Of a DNA stretch of 64,000 nt, positions 24,646 through 41,836 are shown piece by piece; position 1 is the first letter of the stretch; each line of letters starts with the position of its first letter. The notes beneath the pieces were generated by a model. The model was not told the origin of the DNA and did no database searches. It saw only the letters and a list, made by a program, of their open reading frames with translations. Made by a program: the position numbers and the translations under genes. The DNA is taken from contig OX597829.1 of NCBI GenBank assembly GCA_951406725.2, positions 18,228,001-18,292,000 on the forward strand. Direction: 5' to 3'. The DNA comes from Octopus vulgaris. Taxonomy: Eukaryota.

Positions 24646-25690
24646 ATATATATATGTGTGTGTATGTATATATATATATATATATGTTATTATTTATTTA
24701 TGTAAAGGTTTATTATATACATATATATATATATGTATGTGTGTATGTATATATATGTGTGTGTGTGTATGTATATATATGTGTGTGTGTGTGTTTCATG
24801 TTCGTCTCTGTTGCGTTGCATTCTTTCCTTCTGTGGCTGGCTGATTCGGAGCGGATCTCAGAATTAAACAGCCGAAATCTGCGATGAGGGATCAGTTTCT
24901 GACTGAAGAATGAAGGCTTTGAATGAACCGTTTGTCTTTTTGTTCGTCCCTTCGTGTATTTCACGTTATTTATTTATGTAAAGGTTTATTATATATTTCG
25001 CAGCGTACGTGCATAATAACTTCTTTATGTTTATCATATCAAAACTCCTGCACGATGTCTTTAAACTATTTTCTTTCCTTCGCCATTGCTTCGTTGCCAA
25101 ATTGTTTTCGCGCCTTTTTCTCCCAGCCTCTCTGATTCCTTCTCTCCCTCTCTCTCTTGATCACTGCTTCTTCTCTGATTCCTTCTCTCCCTCTCTCTCT
25201 CTCTCTCTCGTTCACTGCATCTGTTCTCGCCGTCTACCCTCCTTGGTCCCCTCTCTCTCTTAGCCCCTCCTCTCTCTTACCCTCCAGCGACTTGCTGCCC
25301 TCAGCCATTCTCTTTCCATCGGCCACTTGTTCAACATGTGTCTTATCACCGAAAAGGTAATTATTTTTCCAAGCTTGCTGATATTGTTTTTGTGTTAAAG
25401 CCGTAGGGCGCCTGTGTCATCCATGTTTTTAACCGTTACTGTCTCCAAAAAGATTTTTCGTTTCATGTTCGTCTCTGTTGCGTTGCATTCTTTCCTTCTG
25501 TGGCTGGCTGATTCGGAGCGGATCTCAGAATTGAACGGCCGAAATCTGCGATGAGGGATCAGTTTCTGACTGAAGAATGAAGGCTTTGAATGACCCGTTT
25601 GTCTTTTTGTTCGTCCCTTCGTGTATTTCACGTTATTTATTTATGTAAACGTTTATTATATATATATATATATATATATGTGTGTCATTG

Positions 25691-25721
<31 letters not shown>

Positions 25722-26402
25722 GTATATATATGTATGTGTGTATGTATATGTATATATATGTATGTATATGTATATGTATGTGTGTATGTATATATATGTG
25801 TGTGTGTATGTATATATATGTGTGTGTGTGTATGTATAGTATATATATGTGTGTGTGTGTATGTATATATATGTGTGTGTGTGTGTATGTATATATATAT
25901 GTGTGTGTGTGTGTGTATGTATATATATGTGTGTGTGTGTGTGTATGTATATATGTGTGTGTATATATATATATATGTGTGTATTTATCTAAAGTATTTA
26001 TATATATATGTGTGTGTGTGTGTCTATATATATATATGTGTATGTATATATATGTGTGTGTGTATGTATATATATATATATATATGTTATTATTTATTTA
26101 TCTAAAGGTTTATTATATACATATATATATATGTATGTGTGTATGTATATATATGTGTGTGTGTATGTATATATATATATGTGTGTGTGTGCATGTATAT
26201 ATATGTGTGTGTGTGTATGTATATATATATATATATGTTATTATTTATTTATGTGTGTGTGTAAGTATATATATGTGTGTTTCTGTGTGTGTGTGTATTT
26301 ATATATATATGTGTGTGTGTATGTATATATATATATATATGTTATTATTTATTTATCTAAAGGTTTATTATATACATACATATATATATGTATGTGTGTG
26401 TG

Positions 26403-26438
<36 letters not shown>

Positions 26439-27398
26439 ATTATTTATTTATGTAAAGGTTTATTATATACATATATATATATATGTATGTGTGTATGTAT
26501 ATATATGTGTGTGTGTGTATGTATATATATGTGTGTGTGTGTTTCATGTTCGTCAATGTTGCGTTGCATTCTTTCCTTCTGTGGCTGGCTGATTCGGAGC
26601 GGATCTCAGAATTAAACAGCCGAAATCTGCGATGAGGGATCAGTTTCTGACTGAAGAATGAAGGCTTTGAATGAACCGTTTGTCTTTTTGTTCGTCACTT
26701 CGTGTATTTCACGTTATTTATTTATGTAAAGGTTTATTATATATTTCGCAGCGTACGTGCATAATTACTTCTTTATGTTTATCATATCAAAACTCCTGCA
26801 CGATGTCTTTAAACTATTTTCTTTCCTTCGCCATTGCTTCGTTGCCAAATTGTTTTCGCGCCTTTTTCTACCAGCCTCTCTGATTCCTTCTCTCCCTCTC
26901 TCTCTTGATCACTGCTTCTTCTCTGATTCCTTCTCTCCCTCTCTCTCTCTCGATCACTGCTTCTGTCCTCGCCATCTACCCTCCTTGGTCCCGTCTCTCT
27001 CTTAGCCCCTCCTCTCTCTTACCCTCTAGCGACTTGCTGCCCTAGCCATTCTGTTTCCATCGGCCACTTGTTCAACATGTGTCTTATCACCGAAAAGGTA
27101 ATTATTTTTCCAAGCTTGCTGATATTGTTTTTGTGTTAAATCTGTAGAGCGCCTGTGTCCTCCATGTTTTTAACCGTTGCTGTCTCCAAAAAAGATTTTT
27201 CGTTTCATGTTCGTCTCTGTTGCGTTGCATTCTTTCCTTCTGTGGCTGGCTGATTCGGAGCGGATCTCAGAATTTAACGGCCGAAATCTGCGATGAGGGA
27301 TCAGTTTCTGACTGAAGAATGAAGGCTTTGAATGACCCGTTTGTCTTATTGTTCGTCCCTTCCTGTATTTCACGTTATTTATTTATGTAAACGTTTAT

Positions 27399-27435
<37 letters not shown>

Positions 27436-27879
27436 GTATGTATATATGTATATATATATATATGTATGTAGGTATGTATATATATATGTATATATATATA
27501 TGTGTGTATGTATATATATATGTTTGTGTGTGTATGTATATATATATGTGTTTCTGTGTATGTATATATGTATGTGTGTGTGTGTATGTATATATATATG
27601 TGTGTGTGTATGTATATATATGTGTGTTTGTGTGTGTATGTATATATATATGTGTGTGTGTGTGTAAGTATATATATGTGTGTTTGTGTGTGTGTGTGTA
27701 TGTATATATATGTGTGTGTGTATGTATATATATGTGTGTGTGTGCATATATATATGTGTGTGTGTATGTGTATATATATGTGTGTGTGTATGTATATATA
27801 TATATATATGTTATTATTTATTTATCTAAAGGTTTATTATATGCATATATATATATATGTATGTGTGTATGTATATATA

Positions 27880-27910
<31 letters not shown>

Positions 27911-29058
27911 GTTATTATTTATTTATCTAATGGTTTTTTATATACATATATATATATGTATGTGTGTATGTATATATATGTGTGTGTGTATGTATATATA
28001 TATATATATGTTATTATTTATTTATCTAAAGGTTTATTTTATATATATATATATGTATGTGTGTATGTATATATATATGTGTGTGTATGTATATATATAT
28101 ATATATATATGTTATTATTTATTTATGTAAAGGTTTATTATATACATATATATATATATGTATGTGTGTATGTATATATATGTGTGTGTGTATGTATATA
28201 TATGTGTGTGTGTTTCATGTTCGTCTCTGTTGCGTTGCATTCTTTCCTTCTGTGGCTGGCTGATTCGGAGCGGATCTCAGAATTAAACAGCCGAAATCTG
28301 CGATGAGGGATCAGTTTCTGACTGAAGAATGAAGGCTTTGAATGAACCGTTTGTCTTTTTGTTCGTCACTTCGTGTATTTCACCTTGTTTATTTATGTAA
28401 ATGTTTATTATGCAGCGTACGTGCATAATTACTTCTTTATGTTTATCATATCAACACTCCTGCACGATGTCTTTAAACTATTTTCTTTCCTTCGCCATTG
28501 CTTCGTTGCCAAATTGTTTTCGCGCCTTTTTCTACCAGCCTCTCTGATTCCTTCTCTCCTCTCTCTCTTGATCACTGCTTCTTCTCTGATTCCTTCTCTC
28601 CCTCTCTCTCTCTCGATCACTGCTTCTGTCCTCGCCGTCTACCCTCCTTGGTCCCCTCTCTCTCTTAGCCCCTCCTCTCTCTTACCCTGTAGCGACTTGC
28701 TGCCCTAGCCATTCAGTTTCCATCGGCCACTTGTTCAACATGTGTCTTATCACCGAAAAGGTAATTATTTTTCCAAGCTTGCTGATATTGTTTTTGTGTT
28801 AAAGCCGTAGAGCGCCTGTGTCATCCATGTTTTTAACCGTTACTGTCTCCAAAAAAGATTTTTCGTTTCATGTTCGTCTCTGTTGCGTTGCATTCTTTCC
28901 TTCTGTGGCTGGCTGATTCGGAGCGGATCTCAGAATTGAACGGCCGAAATCTGCGATGAGGGATCAGTTTCTGACTGAAGAATGAAGGCTTTGAATGACC
29001 CGTTTGTCTTTTTGTTCGTCCCTTCCTCTATTTCACGTTATTTATTTATGTAAACGTT

Positions 29059-29120
<62 letters not shown>

Positions 29121-30754
29121 ATATATATGTATGTATGTATATATATATATATGTATGTATATATATGTGTGTATGTATATCTATGTGTGTGTGTATGTAT
29201 ATATATATGTGTTTGTGTGTATGTATATATGTATGTGTGTGTGTGTATGTATATATGTATGTGTGTGTGTATGTATATATATATGTGTGTGTGTATGTAT
29301 ATATATGTGTGTTTGTGTGTGTATGTATATATATATGTGTGTGTGTGTAAGTATATATATGTGTGTTTGTGTGTGTGTGTATGTATATATATGTGTGTGT
29401 TTGTATGTATATATATGTGTGTGTGTGCATGTATATATATGTGTGTGTATGTATATATATGTGTGTGTGTATGTATATATATATATATATATGTTATTAT
29501 TTATTTATCTAAAGGTTTATTATATACATATATATACATATGTATGGGTGTTTGTATATATATATGTGTGTGTGTATGTATATATATATATATATGTTAT
29601 TATTTATTTATCTAAAGGTTTATTATATACATATATATATATGTATGTGTGTATGTATATATATGTGTGTGTGTATGTATATATATATATATATGTTATT
29701 ATTTATTTATCTAAAGGTTTATTATATACATACATATATATATGTATGTGTGTATGTATATATATGTGTGTGTGTATGTATATATATATATATATATGTT
29801 ATTATTTATTTATGTAAAGGTTTATTATATACATATATATATATATATGTATGTGTGTATGTATATATATGTCTGTGTGTGTACGTATATATATGTGTGT
29901 GTGTGTTTCATGTTCGTCTCTGTTGCGTTGCATTCTTTCCTTCTGTGGCTGGCTGATTCGGAGCGGATCTCAGAATTAAACAGCCGAAATCTGCGATGAG
30001 GGATCAGTTTCTGACTGAAGAATGAAGGCTTTGAATGAACCGTTTGTCTTTTTGTTCGTCACTTCGTGTATTTCACGTTTTTTATTTATGTAAAGGTTTA
30101 TTATATATTTCGCAGCGTACGTGCATAATTACTTCTTATGTTTATCATATCAAAACTCCTGCACGATGTCTTTAAACTATTTTCTTTCCTTCGCCATTGC
30201 TTCGTTGCCAAATTGTTTTCGCGCCTTTTTCTACCAGCCTCTCTGATTCCTTCTCTCCTCTCTCTCTTGATCACTGCTTCTTCTCTGATTCCTTCTCTCC
30301 CTCTCTCTCTCTCGATCACTGCTTCTGTCCTCGCCGTCTACCCTCCTTGGTCCCCTCTCTCTCTTAGCCCCTCCTCTCTCTTACCCTGTAGCGACTTGCT
30401 GCCCTAGCCATTTAGTTTCCATCGGCCACTTGTTCAACTTGTGTCTTATCACCGAAAATGTAATTATTTTTCCAAGCTTGCTGATATTGTTTTTGTGTTA
30501 AAGCCGTAGAGCGCCTGTGTCATCCATGTTTTTAACCGTTACTGTCTCCAAAAAAGATTTTTCGTTTCATGTTCGTCTCTGTTGCGTTGCATTCTTTCCT
30601 TCTGTGGCTGGCTGATTCGGAGCGGATCTCAGAATTGAACGGCCGAAATCTGCGATGAGGGATCAGTTTCTGACTGAAGAATGAAGGCTTTGAATGACCC
30701 GTTTGTCTTTTTGTTCGTCCCTTCCTCTATTTCACGTTATTTATTTATGTAAAC

Positions 30755-30827
<73 letters not shown>

Positions 30828-32502
30828 ATATGTATGTATATATGTATATATATATGTATGTATATATATGTGTGTATGTATATATATATGTGTTTGTGTG
30901 TATGTATATATATATGTGTTTGTGTGTATGTATATATATATGTGTTTGTGTGTATGTATATATGTATGTGTGTGTGTATGTATATATGTTTGTGTGTGTG
31001 TATGTATATATATGTGTGTGTGTGTATGTATATATATGTGTGTTTGTGTGTGTATGTATATATATATGTGTGTGTGTGTGTATGTATATATATGTGTGTT
31101 TGTGTGTGTGTGTGTGTGTATGTATATATATGTGTGTGTGTATGTATATATATGTCTGTGTGTGCATGTATATATATGTCTGTGTGTATGTATATATGTG
31201 TGTGTGTGTATGTATATATATATATATAAATGTTATTATTTATTTATCTAAAGGTTTATTATATACATATATATATATATGTATGTGTGTATGTATATAT
31301 ATGTGTGTGTGTATGTATATATATATATATATATATGTTATTATTTATTTATCCAAAGCTTATTATATGCATATATATATATATGTGTATGTGTGTATGT
31401 TTATATATGTGTGTGTGTATGTATATATATATATATATGTTATTATTTATTTATCTAAAGGTTTATTATATACATATATATATATATGTATGTGTGTATG
31501 TATATATATGTGTGTGTGTATGTATATATATATATATATATATGTTATTATTTATTTATGTAAAGGTTTATTATATACATATATATATATATGTATGTGT
31601 GTATGTATATATATGTGTGTGTGTGTATGTATATATATGTGTGTGTGTGTTTCATGTTCGTCAATGTTGCGTTGCATTCTTTCCTTCTGTGGCTGGCTGA
31701 TTCGGAGCGGATCTCAGAATTAAACAGCCGAAATCTGCAATGAGGGATCAGTTTCTGACTGAAGAATGAAGGCTTTGAATGAACCGTTTGTCTTTTTGTT
31801 CGTCACTTCGTGTATTTCACGTTATTTATTTATGTAAAGGTTTATTATATATTTCGCAGCGTACGTGCATAATTACTTCTTTATGTTTATCATATCAAAA
31901 CTCCTGCACGATGTCTTTAAACTATTTTCTTTCCTTCGCCATTGCTTCGTTGCCAAATTGTTTTCGCGCCTTTTTCTACCAGCCTCTCTGATTCCTTCTC
32001 TCCCTCTCTCTCTTGATCACTGCTTCTTCTCTGATTCCTTCTCTCCCTCTCTCTCTCTCGATCACTGCTTCTGTTCTCGCCGTCTACCCTCCTTGGTCCC
32101 CTCTCTCTCTTAGCCCCTCCTCTCTCTTACCCTCTAGCGACTTGCTGCCCTAGCCATTCTTTTCCATCGGCCACTTGTTCAACATGTGTCTTATCACCGA
32201 AAAGGTAATTATTTTTCCAAGCTTGCTGATATTGTTTTTGTGTTAAAGCCGTAGAGCGCCTGTGTCATCCATGTTTTTAACCGTTACTGTCTCCAAAAAA
32301 GATTTTTCGTTTCATGTTCGTCTCTGTTGCGTTGCATTCTTTCCTTCTGTGGCTGGCTGATTCGGAGCGGATCTCAGAATTGAACGGCCGAAATCTGCGA
32401 TGAGGGATCAGTTTCTGACTGAAGAATGAAGGCTTTGAATGACCCGTTTGTCTTTTTGTTCGTCCCTTCCTGTATTTCACGTTATTTATTTATGTAAACG
32501 TT

Positions 32503-32553
<51 letters not shown>

Positions 32554-32933
32554 GTATATATATATATGTATGTATGTATGTATGTATATATATATGTATA
32601 TATATATATGTGTGTATGTATATATATATGTGTGTGTGTATGTATATATATATGTGTTTGTGTGTATGTATATATGTATGTGTGTGTGTATGTATATATA
32701 TATGTGTGTGTGTGTATGTATATATATGTGTGTTTGTGTGTGTATGTATATATATATATGTGTGTGTGTGTGTAAGTATATATATGTGTGTTTGTGTGTG
32801 TGTGTATGTATATATATATGTGTGTGTGTATGTATATATATATATATATATGTTATTATTTATTTATCTAAAGGTTTATTATATACATATATATATATAT
32901 ATGTATGTGTCTATGTATATATATGTGTGTGTG

Positions 32934-32970
<37 letters not shown>

Positions 32971-34126
32971 ATTATTATATATAAAGGTTTATTATATACA
33001 TATATATATATATATGTGTGTATGTATATATATGTGTGTGTGTATGTATATATATATATATATATGTTATTATTTATTTATCTAAAGGTTTATTATATAC
33101 ATATATATATATATGTATGTGTGTATGTATGTATATATGTGTGTGTATATATATATATGTTATTATTTATTTATGTAAAGGTTTATTATATACATATATA
33201 TATATATATATATGTGTGTATATATATATATGTGTGTGTGTGTATGTATATATATGTGTGTGTGTGTTTCATGTTCGTCTCTGTTGCGTTGCATTCTTTC
33301 CTTCTGTGGCTGGCTGATTCGGAGCGGATCTCAGAATTAAACAGCCGAAATCTGCGATGAGGGATCAGTTTCTGACTGAAGAATGAAGGCTTTGAATGAA
33401 ACGTTTGTCTTTTTGTTCGTCACTTCGTGTATTTCACGTTTTTTATTTATGTAAAGGTTTATTATATATTTCGCAGCGTACGTGCATAATTACTTCTTTA
33501 TGTTTATCATATCAAAACTCCTGCACGATGTCTTTAAACTATTTTCTTTCCTTCGCCATTGCTTCGTTGCCAAATTGTTTTCGCGCCTTTTTCTACCAGC
33601 CTCTCTGATTCCTTCTCTCCCTCTCTCTCTTGATCACTGCTTCTTCTCTGATTCCTTCTCTCCCTCTCTCTCTCTCTCTGGATCACTGCTTCTGTCCTCG
33701 CCGTCTACCCTCCTTGGTCCCCTCTCTCTCTTAGCCCCTCCTCTCTCTTACCCTGTAGCGACTTGCTGCCCTAGCCATTCTGTTTCCATCGGCCACTTGT
33801 TCAACATGTGTCTTATCACCGAAAAGGTAATTATTTTTCCAAGCTTGCTGATATTGTTTTTGTGTTAAAGCCGTAGAGCGCCTGTGTCATCCATGTTTTT
33901 AACCGTTACTGTCTCCAAAAAGATTTTTCGTTTCATGTTCGTCTCTGTTGCGTTGCATTCTTTCCTTCTGTGGCTGGCTGATTCGGAGCGGATCTCAGAA
34001 TTGAACGGCCGAAATCTGCGATGAGGGATCAGTTTCTGACTGAAGAATGAAGGCTTTGAATGACCCGTTTGTCTTTTTGTTCGTCCCTTCCTCTATTTCA
34101 CGTTATTTATTTATGTAAACGTTTAT

Positions 34127-34178
<52 letters not shown>

Positions 34179-35731
34179 TATATATATGTATGTATGTATG
34201 TATATATATATGTATGTATATATATGTGTGTATGTATATATATATGTGTGTGTGTATGTATATATATGTGTGTGTGTGTATGTATATATGTATGTGTGTG
34301 TGTATGTATATATGTATGTGTGTGTATGTATATATGTGTGTGTGTGTATGTATATATATGTGTGTTTGTGTGTGTATGTATATATATATGTGTGTGTGTG
34401 TGAAAGTATATATATGTGTGTTTGTGTGTGTGTGTGTATCTATATATATGTGTGTGTGTATGTATATATATGTGTGTGTGTGCATGTATATATATGTGTG
34501 TGTGTGTGTATATATATGTGTGTGTGTATGTATATATATATATATATATATATATGTTATTATTTATTTATCTAAAGGTTTATTATATACATATATATAT
34601 ATATATGTATGTGTGTATGTATATATATGTGTGTGTGTGTGTATGTATATATATATATATATACGTTATTATTTATTTATCTAAAGGTTTATTATATACA
34701 TATATATATATATATGTATGTGTGTATGTATGTATATGTGTGTGTGTATGTATATATATATATATATATATGTTATTATTTATTTATGTAAAGGTTTATT
34801 ATATACATATATATATATATGTATGTGTGTATGTATATATATGTGTGTGTGTGTATGTATATATATGTGTGTGTGTGTTTCATGTTCGTCAATGTTGCGT
34901 TGCATTCTTTCCTTCTGTGGCTGCCTGATTCGGAGCGGATCTCAGAATTAAACAGCCGAAATCTGCAATGAGGGATCAGTTTCTGACTGAAGAATGAAGG
35001 CTTTGAATGAACCGTTTGTCTTTTTGTTCGTCACTTCGTGTATTTTACGTTTTTTATTTATGTAATGGTTTATTATATATTTCGCAGCGTACGTGCATAC
35101 TTACTTCTTTATGTTTATCATATCAAAACTCCTGCACGATGTCTTTAAACTATTTTCTTTCCTTCGCCATTGCTTCGTTGCCAAATTATTTTCGCGCCTT
35201 TTTCTACCAGCCTCTCTGATTCCTTCTCTCCCTCTCTCTCTTGATCACTGCTTCTTCTCTGATTCCTTCTCTCCCTCTCTCTCTCTCGATCACTGCTTCT
35301 GTCCTCGCCGTCGACCCTCCTTGGTCCCCACTCTCTCTTAGCCCCTCCTCTCTCTTACCCTGTAGCGACTTGCTGCCCTAGCCATTCTGTTTCCATCGGC
35401 CACTTGTTCAACATGTGTCTTATCACCGAAAAGGTAATTATTTTTCCAAGCTTGCTGATATTGTTTTTGTGTTAAAGCCGTAGAGCGCCTGTGTCATCCA
35501 TGTTTTTAACCGTTACTGTCTCCAAAAAAGATTTTTCGTTTCATGTTCGTCTCTGTTGCGTTGCATTCTTTCCTTCTGTGGCTGGCTGATTCGGAGCGGA
35601 TCTCAGAATTGAACGGCCGAAATCTGCGATGAGGGATCAGTTTCTGACTGAAGAATGAAGGCTTTGAATGACCCGTTTGTCTTTTTGTTCGTCCCTTCCT
35701 GTATTTCACGTTATTTATTTATGTAAACGTT

Positions 35732-35797
<66 letters not shown>

Positions 35798-37334
35798 ATA
35801 TATATATGTATGTATGTATGTATGTATATATATATGTATATATATATATGTGTGTATGTATATATATATGTGTGTGTGTATGTATATATATATGTGTTTG
35901 TGTGTATGTATATATGTATGTGTGTGTGTATGCATATATATATGTATGTGTGTGTATGTATATATGTGTGTTTGTGTGTGTATGTATATATATATATGTG
36001 TGTGTGTGTGAAAGTATATATATGTGTGTTTGTGTGTGTGTGTATGTATATATATGTGTGTGTTTGTATGTATATATATGTGTGTGTGTGCATGTATATA
36101 TATGTGTGTGTGTATGTATATATATGTGTGTGTGTATGTATATATATATATATATATATTATATTATTTATTTATCTAAAGGTTTATTATATGCATATAT
36201 ATATATATGTGTATGTGTCTATGTTTATATATGTGTGTGTGTATGTATATATATATATATTTTATTATTTATTTATCTAAAGGTTTATTATATACATATA
36301 TATATATGTATGTGTGTATGTATATATATGTGTGTGTGTATGTATATATATATATATATATATATGTTATGTTATTATTTATTTATGTAAAGGTTTATTA
36401 TATACATATATATATATATATATGTGTGTATGTATATATATGTGTGTGTGTGTATGTATATATATGTGTGTGTGTGTTTCATGTTCGTCTCTGTTGCGTT
36501 GCATTCTTTCCTTCTGTGGCTGGCTGATTCGGAGCGGATCTCAGAATTAAACAGCCGAAATCTGCGATGAGGGATCAGTTTCTGACTGAAGAATGAAGGC
36601 TTTGAATGAACCGTTTGTCTTTTTGTTCGTCACTTCGTGTATTTTACGTTTTTTATTTATGTAATGGTTTATTATATATTTCGCAGCGTACGTGCATACT
36701 TACTTCTTTATGTTTATCATATCAAAACTCCTGCACGATGTCTTTAAACTATTTTCTTTCCTTCGCCATTGCTTCGTTGCCAAATTGTTTTCGCGCCTTT
36801 TTCTACCAGCCTCTCTGATTCCTTCTCTCCCTCTCTCTCTTGATCACTGCTTCTTCTCTGATTCCTTCTCTCCCTCTCTCTCTCTCGATCACTGCTTCTG
36901 TCCTCGCCGTCTACCCTCCTTGGTCCCCTCTCTCTCTTAGCCCCTCCTCTCTCTTACCCTGTAGCGACTTGCTGCCCTAGCCATTCAGTTTCCATCGGCC
37001 ACTTGTCCAACTTGTGTCTTATCACCGAAAAGGTAATTATTTTTCCACGCTTGCTGATATTGTTTTTCTGTTAAAGCCGTAGAGCGCCTGTGTCATCCAT
37101 GTTTTTAACCGTTACTGTCTCCAAAAAAGATTTTTCGTTTCATGTTCGTCTCTGTTGCGTTGCATTCTTTCCTTCTGTGGCTGGCTGTTCGGAGCGGATC
37201 TCAGAATTGAACGGCCGAAATCTGCGATGAGGGATCAGTTTCTGACTGAAGAATGAAGGCTTTGAATGACCCGTTTGTCTTTTTGTTCGTCCCTTCCTGT
37301 ATTTCACGTTATTTATTTATGTAAACGTTTATTT

Positions 37335-37397
<63 letters not shown>

Positions 37398-39044
37398 ATA
37401 TATATATGTATGTATGTATGTATATATATATGTATATATATATGTGTGTATGTATATATATGTGTGTGTGTATGTATATATATATGTGTTTGTGTGTATG
37501 TATATATGTATGTGTGTGTGTATGTATATATGTATGTGTGTGTATGTATATATATATGTGTGTGTGTGTATGTATATATATGTGTGTTTGTGTGTGTATG
37601 TATATATATATGTGTGTGTGTGTGTAAGTATATATATGTGTGTTTCTGTGTGTGTGTGTATGTATATATATATGTGTGTGTATGTATATATATGTGTGTG
37701 TGTGCATGTATATATATGTGTGTGTGTATGTGTATATATGTGTGTGTGTATGTATATATATATATATATATGTTATTATTTATTTATCTAAAGGTTTATT
37801 ATATACATATATATATATGTATGTGTGTATGTTTATATATGTGTGTGTGTATGTATATATATATATATGTTATTATTTATTTATCTAAAGGTTTATTATA
37901 TACATATATATATGTATGTGTGTATGTATATATATGTGTGTGTGTATGTATATATATATATATATATGTTATTATTTATTTATCTAAAGGTTTATTATAT
38001 ACATATATATATATATGTATGTGTGTATGTATATATATGTGTGTGTGTATGTATATATATATATATATATATATATGTTATTATTTATTTATGTAAAGGT
38101 TTTTTATATACATATATATATATATATGTGTGTGTGTATGTATATATATGTGTGTGTGTGTACGTATATATATGTGTGTGTGTGTTTCATGTTCGTCTCT
38201 GTTGCGTTGCATTCTTTCCTTCTGTGGCTGACTGATTCGGAGCGGATCTCAGAATTAAACAGCCGAAATCTGCGATGAGGGATCAGTTTCTGACTGAAGA
38301 ATGAAGGCTTTGAATGAACCGTTTGTCTTTTTGTTCGTCACTTCGTGTATTTCACGTTATTTATTTATGTAAAGGTTTATTATATATTTCGCAGCGTACG
38401 TGCATAATTACTTCTTTATGTTTATCATATCAACACTCCTGCACGATGTCTTTAAACTATTTTCTTTCCTTCGCCATTGCTTCGTTGCCAAATTGTTTTC
38501 GCGCCTTTTTCTACCAGCCTCTCTGATTCCTTCTCTTCCTCTCTCTCTTGATCACTGCTTCTTCTCTGATTCCTTCTCTCCCTCTCTCTCTCTCGATCAC
38601 TGCTTCTGTCCTTGCCGTCTACCCTCCTTGGTCCCCTCTCTCTCTTAGCCCCTCCTCTCTCTTACCCTCTAGCGACTTGCTGCCCTAGCCATTCTGTTTC
38701 CATCGGCCACTTGTTCAACATGTGTCTTATCACCGAAAAGGTAATTATTTTTCCAAGCTTGCTGATATTGTTTTTGTGTTAAAGCCGTAGAGCGCCTGTG
38801 TCATCCATGTTTTTAACCGTTACTGTCTCCAAAAAAGATTTTTCGTTTCATGTTCGTCTCTGTTGCGTTGCATTCTTTCCTTCTGTGGCTGGCTGATTCG
38901 GAGCGGATCTCAGAATTGAACGGCCGAAATCTGCGATGAGGGATCAGTTTCTGACTGAAGAATGAAGGCTTTGAATGACCCGTTTGTCTTTTTGTTCGTC
39001 CCTTCCTGTATTTCACGTTATTTATTTATGTAAACGTTTATTAT

Positions 39045-39118
<74 letters not shown>

Positions 39119-41800
39119 ATATATGTATGTATGTATGTATATATATATATATGTATATATATATATGTGTGTATGTATATATATGTGTGTGTGTATGTAT
39201 ATATATATGTGTGTGTGTGTATGCATATATGTATGTGTGTGTGTATGTATATATGTATGTGTGTGTGTATGTACATATATATGTGTGTGTGTATGTATAT
39301 ATGTGTGTTTGTGTGTGTATGTATATATATATGTGTGTGTGTAAGTATATATATATGTGTGTGTGTGTGTGTATGTATATATATGTGTGTGTGTGTATGT
39401 ATATATATGTGTGTGTGCATCTATATATATGTATGTGTGTATGTATATATATGTGTGTGTGTATGTATATATGTATATATGTTATTATTTATTTATCTAA
39501 AGGTTTATTAAATACATATATATATATATGTATGTGTGCATGTATATATATGTGTGTGTGTATGTATATATATGTGTGTATGTGCATGTATATATATGTG
39601 TGTGTGTATGTATATATATATGTTTTTATTTATTTATGTAAAGGTTTATCATATACATATATATATACATGTGTGTGTGTATGTATATACATATATATAC
39701 GTTATTATTTATTTATCTAAAGGTTTATTCTATACATATATATATATATGTATGTGTGTATGTATATATATGTGTGTGTGTATGTATATATATGTGTATG
39801 TTTGTATGTATATATATGTGTGTGTGTGTTTCATGTTCGTCTCTGTTGCCTTGCATTCTTTCCGTCTGTGGCTGGCTGATTCGGAGCGGATCTCAGAATT
39901 AAACAGCCGAAATCTGCGATGAGGGATCAGTTTCTGACTGAAGAATGAAGGCTTTGAATGAACCGTTTGTCTTATTGTTCGTCCCTTCGTGTATTTCACG
40001 TTATTTATTTATGTAAAGGTTTATTATATATTTCGCAGCGTACGTGCATAATAACTTCTTTATGTTTATTATATCAAAACCCCTGCACGATGTCTTTAAA
40101 CTATTTTCTTTCCTTCGCCATTGCTTCGTTGCCAAATTGCTTAGGCGCCTTTTTCTCCCAGCCTCTCTGATTCCTTCTCTCCCTCTCTCTCTTGATCACT
40201 GCTTCTTCTCTGATTCCTTCTCTCCCTCTCTCTCTCTCGATCACTGCTTCTGTCCTCGCCGTCTACCCTCCTTGGTCCCCTCTCTCTCTTAGCCCCTCCT
40301 CTCTCTTACCCTCTAGCGACTTGCTGCCCTAGCCATTCTGTTTCCATCGGCCACTTGTTCAACATGTGTCTTATCACCGAAAAGATAATTATTTTTCCAC
40401 GCTTGCTGATATTGTTTTTGTGTTAAAGTTGTAGGGCGCCTGTGTCATCCATGTTTTTAACCGTTACTGTCTCCAAAAAAGATTTTTGGTTTCATGTTCG
40501 TCTCTGTTGCGTTGCATTCTTTCCTTCTGTGGCTGGCTGATTCGGAGCGGATCTCAGAATTGAACGGCCGAAATCTGCGATGAGGGATCATTTTCTGACT
40601 GAAGAATGAAGTCTTTGAATGACCCGTTTGTCTTTTTGTTCGTCCCTTCCTGTATTTCACGTTATTTATTTATGTAAACGTATATTATATATATATATAC
40701 ATATATATATATATGTATGTATGTATATATGTATGTATGTATGTATATATATATATGTATATATATATATATGTGTATGTATATATATATGTGTGTGTGT
40801 GTATATATATATGTATGTGTGTATGTATATATGTATGTGTGTGTGTATGTATATATATATGTGTGTGTGTGTATGTATATATATGTGTGTTTGTGTGTGT
40901 ATGTATATATATATATGTGTGTGTGTGTTTAAGTATATATATGTGTGTTTGTGTGTGTGTGTGTATGTATATATATATATATATTTTATTATTTATTTAT
41001 CTAAAGGTTTATTATATACATATATATATATCTATGTGTGTATGTATATATATGTGTGTGTGTGTATGTATATATATATATGTGTGTGCATGTATATATA
41101 TGTGTGTGTGTATGTATACATATATATATGTTATTATTTATTTATGTAAAGGTTTATTATATACATATATATATATGTGTGTGTGTGTATGTATATATAT
41201 ATATATATGTTATTATTTATTTATCTAAGGGTTTATTATATACATATATATATATATATGTATGTGTGTATGTATATATATGTGTGTGTGTATGTATATA
41301 TATATATATGTTATTATTTATTTATGTAAAGGTTTATTATATACATATATATATATGTATGTGTGTATGTATATATATGTGTGTGTGTGTATGTATATAT
41401 ATGTGTGTGTGTGTTTCATGTTCGTCTCTGTTGCGTTGCATTCTTTCCTTCTGTGGCTGGCTGATTCGGAGCGGATCTCAGAATTCAATAGCCGAAATCT
41501 GCGATGAGGGATCAGTTTCTGACTGAAGAATGAAGGCTTTGAATGACCCGTTTGTCTTTTTGTTCGTCCCTTCGTGTATTTCACGTTATTTATTTATGTA
41601 AATGTTTATTATATATTTCGCGGCGTACGTGCATAATAACTTCTTTATGTTTATCATATCAAAACCCCTGCACGATGTCTTTAAACTATTTTCTTTCCAT
41701 CGCCATTGCTTCGTTGCCAAATTGTTTTGGCGCCTTTTTCTCCCAGCATCTCTGATTCCTTCTCTCCCTCTCTCTCTTGATCACTGCTTCTTCTCTGATT

Positions 41801-41836
<36 letters not shown>

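Noticed and set aside
18821-40660. Recurrent 67-82 aa ORFs in array units ([13 protein letters not shown].., MNRLSFCSS.., MHN.FFMF..)
   Set aside because: They recur only because the DNA is repeated; indels break them in several units and they have no recognisable domain.
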